A DNA stretch of 11,536 nt, taken from Candidatus Heimdallarchaeota archaeon. GTDB lineage: Archaea > Asgardarchaeota > Heimdallarchaeia > Heimdallarchaeales > Heimdallarchaeaceae. Under the pieces are notes generated by a model that was not told the DNA's origin, ran no database searches, and was given only the letters and a program-made list of their open reading frames with translations. This document shows positions 7,241 to 11,536 of the stretch, piece after piece; the first letter of the stretch is position 1; each line of letters begins with the position of its first letter. The position numbers and the translations under genes were made by a program. The stretch is from positions 1 through 11,536 of the forward strand of contig JABCTC010000069.1 in the NCBI GenBank assembly GCA_018238545.1, given 5' to 3'.

Positions 7241-7537
7241 TTATTTGCCAGACTTTCGTACTAGTGTTATATCTATAGTTGAAACAGTTTTTGGACCAGT
7301 ATCACCTTCGAGCACTTCTGAACCAATTTTAACATCAGATACTTCTATCATTTCTGGTAGAAATTTTCTATTAGTAATTTCAGCAACATCTACTGCTTTA
7401 CTAATTGAACGTCCTCTCGCGCGTATTGTACACTTGTTTTCGCCTTTGTTAAAAATAGTTACAACAACTAAACAGTAATCCATGGTTCTTTTTCGTCCAA
7501 TATAGACAGCATTTTCTTCTTTAGACATTTTTCCCAT
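7241..7537 (-). CDS. albA: DNA/RNA-binding chromatin protein Alba (Sac10b family)
   Basis: VYIGRK..MDY, IRARGRSISKAVDVAEI, KFLP, IGSE, VSTIDI. The start could be ATG 7528. Confidence 0.97.
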   Translation of the reverse strand: MGKMSKEENAVYIGRKRTMDYCLVVVTIFNKGENKCTIRARGRSISKAVDVAEITNRKFLPEMIEVSDVKIGSEVLEGDTGPKTVSTIDITLVRKSGK

Positions 7538-7578
7538 CTCGCAATTTATTAGAGGCTAGTTAGATATAGCTTTGCTCT

Positions 7579-7598
7579 CTTTTAAATTTTCTTTTTTC
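7579..7598 (-). promoter_or_regulatory. BRE/TATA for alba
   Basis: Minus strand GAAAAAAGAAAA-TTTAAAAG, about 42-50 nt upstream of ATG 7537. Confidence 0.55.
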
Positions 7599-7688
7599 TA
7601 TAGGCTGTTGCAAAATATAACAAAAATAAATTGAAACTGAAAGAATTGAGAAAATAACTGAGAGACGATTTATGAAAAATATAATAGA

Positions 7689-8696
7689 TTATTTGTCTAT
7701 TTTTTCGAATTTTCTGTTTGCGTAAGATTCTTCGAATTTTTGTTGATAAATTTCTTCTTCATAATCTACTTTATAGCTCCTTTCCTTTGGAACAATAATA
7801 TTAATTGCATCTTCAATTCTTTCAATTTCTACTCTGGTACTATTTTCACTGTAAATCTCACCTTCATTTTCCCAACATAATGGTTCAGCGGTTTCAATAA
7901 TCATTTTTCTACAGCGATCTAAATGAACACCTTTCATCCCAATATGATTTCCAGGAATTGCTTTTATGAGCAATCTTACACGATTTAACCCTTTCATTCC
8001 ATGGGCAATAACTACACCCAAATCTTTGTTTTTCTGACTGTATTCAGCATTACTTGGCAAAACATGAAAACCAGCTATATCATCACCAACACCTGCAAAG
8101 GCATTTGTAAGTTCAGGAACCTCAAATGGTTCTCTATCATCTAAAGTTACTTTTGCGGGAATATTCTTGAATTTCAAAATATATTTTAAAGCCAAGTAGT
8201 TGTATTTGATTGCTCCAATTGTCATCCATTTCATTTCTGTATGAGCTGCAGCAGCTGCTTTTCCTGTAAAACCACCGTCAGTCATGTCAAAAGCATAATT
8301 TGTGTTATCACCTGTACATTTTATAGCTGGAAATTTCTCACTATGTCCCTCTGCAAGAATCTGAAGACTTTCTTCTAGATCATAAGGTATTGAGTGAGTT
8401 CTATGCCAATCGCACATTGAACCAGCTGACAATAAACCCAAAGTGACATCAGAATGACCTATTATAGCATCACCCATATTGGTTGCTGTTCCATCTCCAC
8501 CTAAAGCTATTAGGGTTTTGTAGCCTTTTTTAATTGCTTCTGCAGCAAGTTCTATCTCTTGTTGCGGTCTCTCTGTTACCACATATTCAAAATCTCCGAT
8601 GTACTCTTTAGCCAATGCTAAAGCAGCGTCTAGTTTTTTACCCAATTTACCAGTGTTTGCATTGGGATTAACGATAATGTAAGGCTCTGAAGGCAT
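7689..8696 (-). CDS. Diacylglycerol/lipid kinase family protein (YegS/DgkB/BmrU/sphingosine-kinase fold) with atypical motifs
   Basis: IIVNPNAN, LIALGGDGT, LGLLSAGS..D, and C-terminal EGE...IE...AINI. Confidence 0.88.
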   Translation of the reverse strand: MPSEPYIIVNPNANTGKLGKKLDAALALAKEYIGDFEYVVTERPQQEIELAAEAIKKGYKTLIALGGDGTATNMGDAIIGHSDVTLGLLSAGSMCDWHRTHSIPYDLEESLQILAEGHSEKFPAIKCTGDNTNYAFDMTDGGFTGKAAAAAHTEMKWMTIGAIKYNYLALKYILKFKNIPAKVTLDDREPFEVPELTNAFAGVGDDIAGFHVLPSNAEYSQKNKDLGVVIAHGMKGLNRVRLLIKAIPGNHIGMKGVHLDRCRKMIIETAEPLCWENEGEIYSENSTRVEIERIEDAINIIVPKERSYKVDYEEEIYQQKFEESYANRKFEKIDK

Positions 8697-8776
8697 ATTT
8701 TCATTTTGAATAGAAAGTAGTATATAAAATTAATCTGTAACAGCAGTATATCTTTAAAAATCAAATGAATATATTT

Positions 8777-8790
8777 TAAAACTAGTTTTA
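8777..8790. promoter_or_regulatory. Perfect 14-bp palindrome TAAAACTAGTTTTA, candidate operator
   Basis: Self-complementary. Lies in the divergent kinase/pspC intergenic region and overlaps TATA-like TTTTAAA (8774-8780). Confidence 0.5.
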
Positions 8791-8811
8791 CTATTTCTTC
8801 GATGTGATTAC

Positions 8812-9138
8812 ATGAAATGTTACGATTGTGGAACTGAAAATGTTGAACAAGCAGTATTTTGCGGAAAATGTGGAGCAAATTTAGAATCCGTACCATCAGC
8901 TAAGGCACAGAATCAACAAGTACCTCCCCAACAAACAAGGAAGAAACTAGTTAGATGTACAAATGATAAAGTATTAGGTGGAGTATGTGCTGGTATTGGT
9001 AGACAACTTGACATGGATACAAGTACAGTTCGTTTGCTTGCTGTGTTAATATTCTTCTTCTCTGGCTCTACTATAGGATTAGTTTACCTTATTCTTTGGG
9101 CAGTTCTTCCTGAAGCTCTTTGTGCGCCTGAGCAATAA
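8812..9138 (+). CDS. pspC: Zinc-ribbon + PspC domain membrane protein
   Basis: CYDCG-x11-CGKCG ribbon, Gln/Pro linker, then the PspC signature KKLVR...DKVLGGVCAGIG..L.MD...VRL...YLILWAVLP. Confidence 0.9.
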   Translation: MKCYDCGTENVEQAVFCGKCGANLESVPSAKAQNQQVPPQQTRKKLVRCTNDKVLGGVCAGIGRQLDMDTSTVRLLAVLIFFFSGSTIGLVYLILWAVLPEALCAPEQ

Positions 9139-9156
9139 AGAAACCAGAAACTATGT

Positions 9157-9942
9157 TCATTCTCCTTTTTTATCAAAAAAATCTTCCAATTTTGCACTTT
9201 TTGGTCTTTTTATCATTGGAAAAATTTCTTTCCAATGAATTATTTTTGCTTCGAGGTTATTCTTTTCTAAATATGCTAAAACTTTCTTAGGAAACTCTTG
9301 TGCGACCAATATTCCTCTCACAGACTTTTTCTCTGTGGTTTCAAAGTATTCTATATACCTTTTAAGTTGATGAGCATTTGCTGGAGTAGCATTCCTTTTT
9401 TTCACTTCTACGATTACCTCACCGCTTTCACTCATTCCTCTGATATCCACAGGACCAACATCTGTACCATATTCAGTGCGTAATATTTGAAAACCTTCCT
9501 CGATCATATCAGGATTAGCTACGAGAAACTTCACAAGATCACTTTCATCACCATATATTTCCAATTCAGATTCATCTGTTGCGTGCCATATAGAAATATT
9601 AGCTAAATTAGTGAAAGTAATTATCAAAGTCTCCTTCGTTTTTGTTCGATGTGTAATCATCTCTAATAAAGAATCAGCAATTTTAAACTCAATTGGTCCA
9701 GCTAATGGTTTTTGCCAATTAAGAGGTTTTACACCTATTGGCCCGTGTAAAACGATAGAAAGATCTTTCTTAATCATAAGAAATCTATCTCCTTCAGCTA
9801 GAGTAGATTTTATCCTACCATCAAAAATTGCTTTACATCTACCAGCAATAAGAATCATTTTGTTCCCTACAACCAGATTCAGTTTTTTACTAATAGAATC
9901 AATTGGAACTAAAGGTAGTTGTTCAAAATTGTTGTTGCTCAA
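9157..9942 (-). CDS. nucS: Mismatch-specific endonuclease NucS/EndoMS
   Basis: C...FDGR..S.L..GDR...IK.D.S..LH....KPLNWQ, ESDL...L..NP..IEEG, GPVDI, VEVK, QLKRY, RGILVA. TTG start with GAGGG SD; C-terminal PIP-like SAKLEDFF. Confidence 0.96.
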   Translation of the reverse strand: MSNNNFEQLPLVPIDSISKKLNLVVGNKMILIAGRCKAIFDGRIKSTLAEGDRFLMIKKDLSIVLHGPIGVKPLNWQKPLAGPIEFKIADSLLEMITHRTKTKETLIITFTNLANISIWHATDESELEIYGDESDLVKFLVANPDMIEEGFQILRTEYGTDVGPVDIRGMSESGEVIVEVKKRNATPANAHQLKRYIEYFETTEKKSVRGILVAQEFPKKVLAYLEKNNLEAKIIHWKEIFPMIKRPKSAKLEDFFDKKGE

Positions 9943-10086
9943 ATTTTAACCCTCAAGGAGATATTTTCATTATAAATTCTTAATGAGATAATATTAATCT
10001 TGTTACATTGCATTTCAACCTTACCCATATACAAAATCTATAAAAGAGAGAATGGGTGGTAGATATAATATCATAGTAATAAACAA

Positions 10087-10899
10087 GTGATTCTTATGGT
10101 TGAAGTTACATTCATTATGCTACTTATACAAATGGGAACCGTGATTCTTTGTCTACTGTTTGGTTCATATATGGATTTGAGGAAAAGAGAAGTATCAGAC
10201 ATACCTTGGATAATCATGGCCGTAGTAGGTTTGATCACAACAATCATCTATATCATTTTTACTGAAAATAAAGCCAAAGATGGAACGATTATTGGAATCA
10301 ATCTTGGTGTAGGAATTGCAATAGGACTTGTTTTGTATTATACTGGAATGATGGGTGGAGCTGATGCGAAAGCTATAATGGCTCTATCACTTAATACTGC
10401 AATTTACCCTTTCACATATGAATTAACATCTTTACTTGTTTATGATGTTGTACCACCAATCTTCAACACATTTTTCAATTGGCTTCTAGCTCTTGTCCTG
10501 ATCTATCCATTGCCATTACTCTTCTACAACATCTATTTGAAAATTAAGAAACAAAGATTATTCGAGAACACTAACGCAAACTTTGCTAGTAAGTTTTTGA
10601 TGATGATCTCTGGTTATCTTATACCAGTAGAAAAAGCTAAGAACAGAACAGATATTGTCTATTCAGAAGTATATGATGTTGAGGAGGAGGAGTGGGAAAT
10701 CAAGCACTTCATGCAAGTTCCAGAGATTGAGGAAGAAGAAGAATGTAAGGCACAAGTCGAAACCTTCATACAAAAAACAAATCGAGAGAAAATCTGGGTT
10801 AAAGTACTTCCTCCGGGTATAGTTTTCCTCTTAATTGGATATATACTGAATATCTTTCTTGGAAATATTCTATTTGCTTTATACCACTGGTTCCTTTAG
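10087..10899 (+). CDS. flaK: Archaeal prepilin/prearchaellin peptidase (A24, FlaK/PibD type)
   Basis: Catalytic aspartates in SYMDLRKREV and MGGADAK (GxGD-type), several TM helices, and a C-terminal IWV...P..VFL segment. Start GTG 10087 or ATG 10096. Confidence 0.9.
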   Translation: MILMVEVTFIMLLIQMGTVILCLLFGSYMDLRKREVSDIPWIIMAVVGLITTIIYIIFTENKAKDGTIIGINLGVGIAIGLVLYYTGMMGGADAKAIMALSLNTAIYPFTYELTSLLVYDVVPPIFNTFFNWLLALVLIYPLPLLFYNIYLKIKKQRLFENTNANFASKFLMMISGYLIPVEKAKNRTDIVYSEVYDVEEEEWEIKHFMQVPEIEEEEECKAQVETFIQKTNREKIWVKVLPPGIVFLLIGYILNIFLGNILFALYHWFL

Positions 10900-10960
10900 G
10901 TTCATTTGTTGTGAAAACAGAACTTATATATTCAAGTATAGATGATTTTCTCAGAGTAAA

Positions 10961-11536
10961 ATGAAAATAAAAGAACTAGCAAAAACAGTTCTAGAAATGA
11001 TTCACAATAATGAAAAGGATAGTGTCATAAACTTCATTTCAGATAACTTGGAGAAAGATGTTCAATTCCTAAAAACGCTTGTAAACATTCAAATTCAACT
11101 TAAGGAGATGGGAGGAGGATATCCTCCTGTTGGAAAGCAAATAGAAACAATAGATGAAATAATTGAATATACAGAAATCACAGTAAAAAAAGCCCTAGAA
11201 ATGGAAAACAAACTCACAGCAGGAATTTTATACCACAACCAAGCTTCATTTTGTTTCCCAAATATGGATGATGGTGTAGAAGAGAGACTGATTGAACCAG
11301 GTTACTTTGCAGCAGTAAAAGATTATGAAATCCGCAAGGAAATTGGTAAAAAGGGACCTATGTTGTGGGCTAAATGGTTAGTAGGTATTAGTAAATTCAT
11401 TAAGGGGGATGTTGATGAAGCTCTAGAAACCCTAGAAGACACCGCTAAACAAGCAATAGAAGAACCTTTTGAGAAGGATATTGATACTTGGACAAGAATG
11501 ATGATAGCAAAATTTTATCTTCAATCTTATCCTGAA
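10961..11536 (+). CDS. Hypothetical alpha-helical, TPR-like protein (partial, runs off the window end)
   Basis: 192 uninterrupted codons from ATG 10961: MKIKELAKTVLEMIH...AGILYHNQASFCFP...AAVKDYEIRKEIG...WAKWLVG...GDVDEALETLE...; TATA-like TTATATA at 10924-10930. Not in the ORF track. Confidence 0.8.
   Translation, partial: MKIKELAKTVLEMIHNNEKDSVINFISDNLEKDVQFLKTLVNIQIQLKEMGGGYPPVGKQIETIDEIIEYTEITVKKALEMENKLTAGILYHNQASFCFPNMDDGVEERLIEPGYFAAVKDYEIRKEIGKKGPMLWAKWLVGISKFIKGDVDEALETLEDTAKQAIEEPFEKDIDTWTRMMIAKFYLQSYPE

Noticed and set aside
7230-7478. 82-aa plus-strand ORF
   Set aside because: Antisense to alba.
8630-8896. 88-aa minus-strand ORF spanning the divergent promoter
   Set aside because: It overlaps both flanking genes and reads like translated AT-rich intergenic DNA.
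9298-9949. Plus-strand ORFs 9298-9483 and 9611-9949
   Set aside because: Antisense shadows of nucS.
10023-10057. ACCCAT...ATGGGT inverted repeat between nucS and flaK
   Set aside because: Only 6-bp arms with a 23-nt spacer; too weak to call.
11113-11128. Perfect 16-bp palindrome AGGAGGATATCCTCCT
   Set aside because: It lies inside a CDS and is explained by complementary Gly (GGA) and Pro (CCT) codons in GGYPP.

Overview
AT-rich archaeal chromosomal segment: it carries Alba, NucS/EndoMS with a PIP-like box, a FlaK/PibD-type prepilin peptidase and BRE/TATA promoters. The gene content suggests an Asgard (Heimdallarchaeia-like) origin, but that is inference only. There are 14 CDSs in order: the 5' part of a P-type II ATPase (missed by the ORF track), a Pol-beta nucleotidyltransferase with a Pro/Gly-rich N-terminus, a degenerate KaiC/RAD55-like P-loop protein, an M24 peptidase, an SDR, a divergently arranged ZnuA / ZnuB-ZnuC metal ABC transporter, Alba, an atypical DAG-kinase-family enzyme, a zinc-ribbon-PspC protein, NucS, a prepilin peptidase and a partial TPR-like protein (missed by the ORF track). 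I saw no mobile elements, CRISPR arrays or RNA genes. Best novelty candidates: (1) the NTase + pseudo-KaiC two-gene operon as a possible nucleotidylation or signalling module; (2) a Cys/His-rich cytoplasmic tail fused to ZnuB; (3) the divergent lipid-kinase / Zn-ribbon-PspC pair sharing a 14-bp palindrome.
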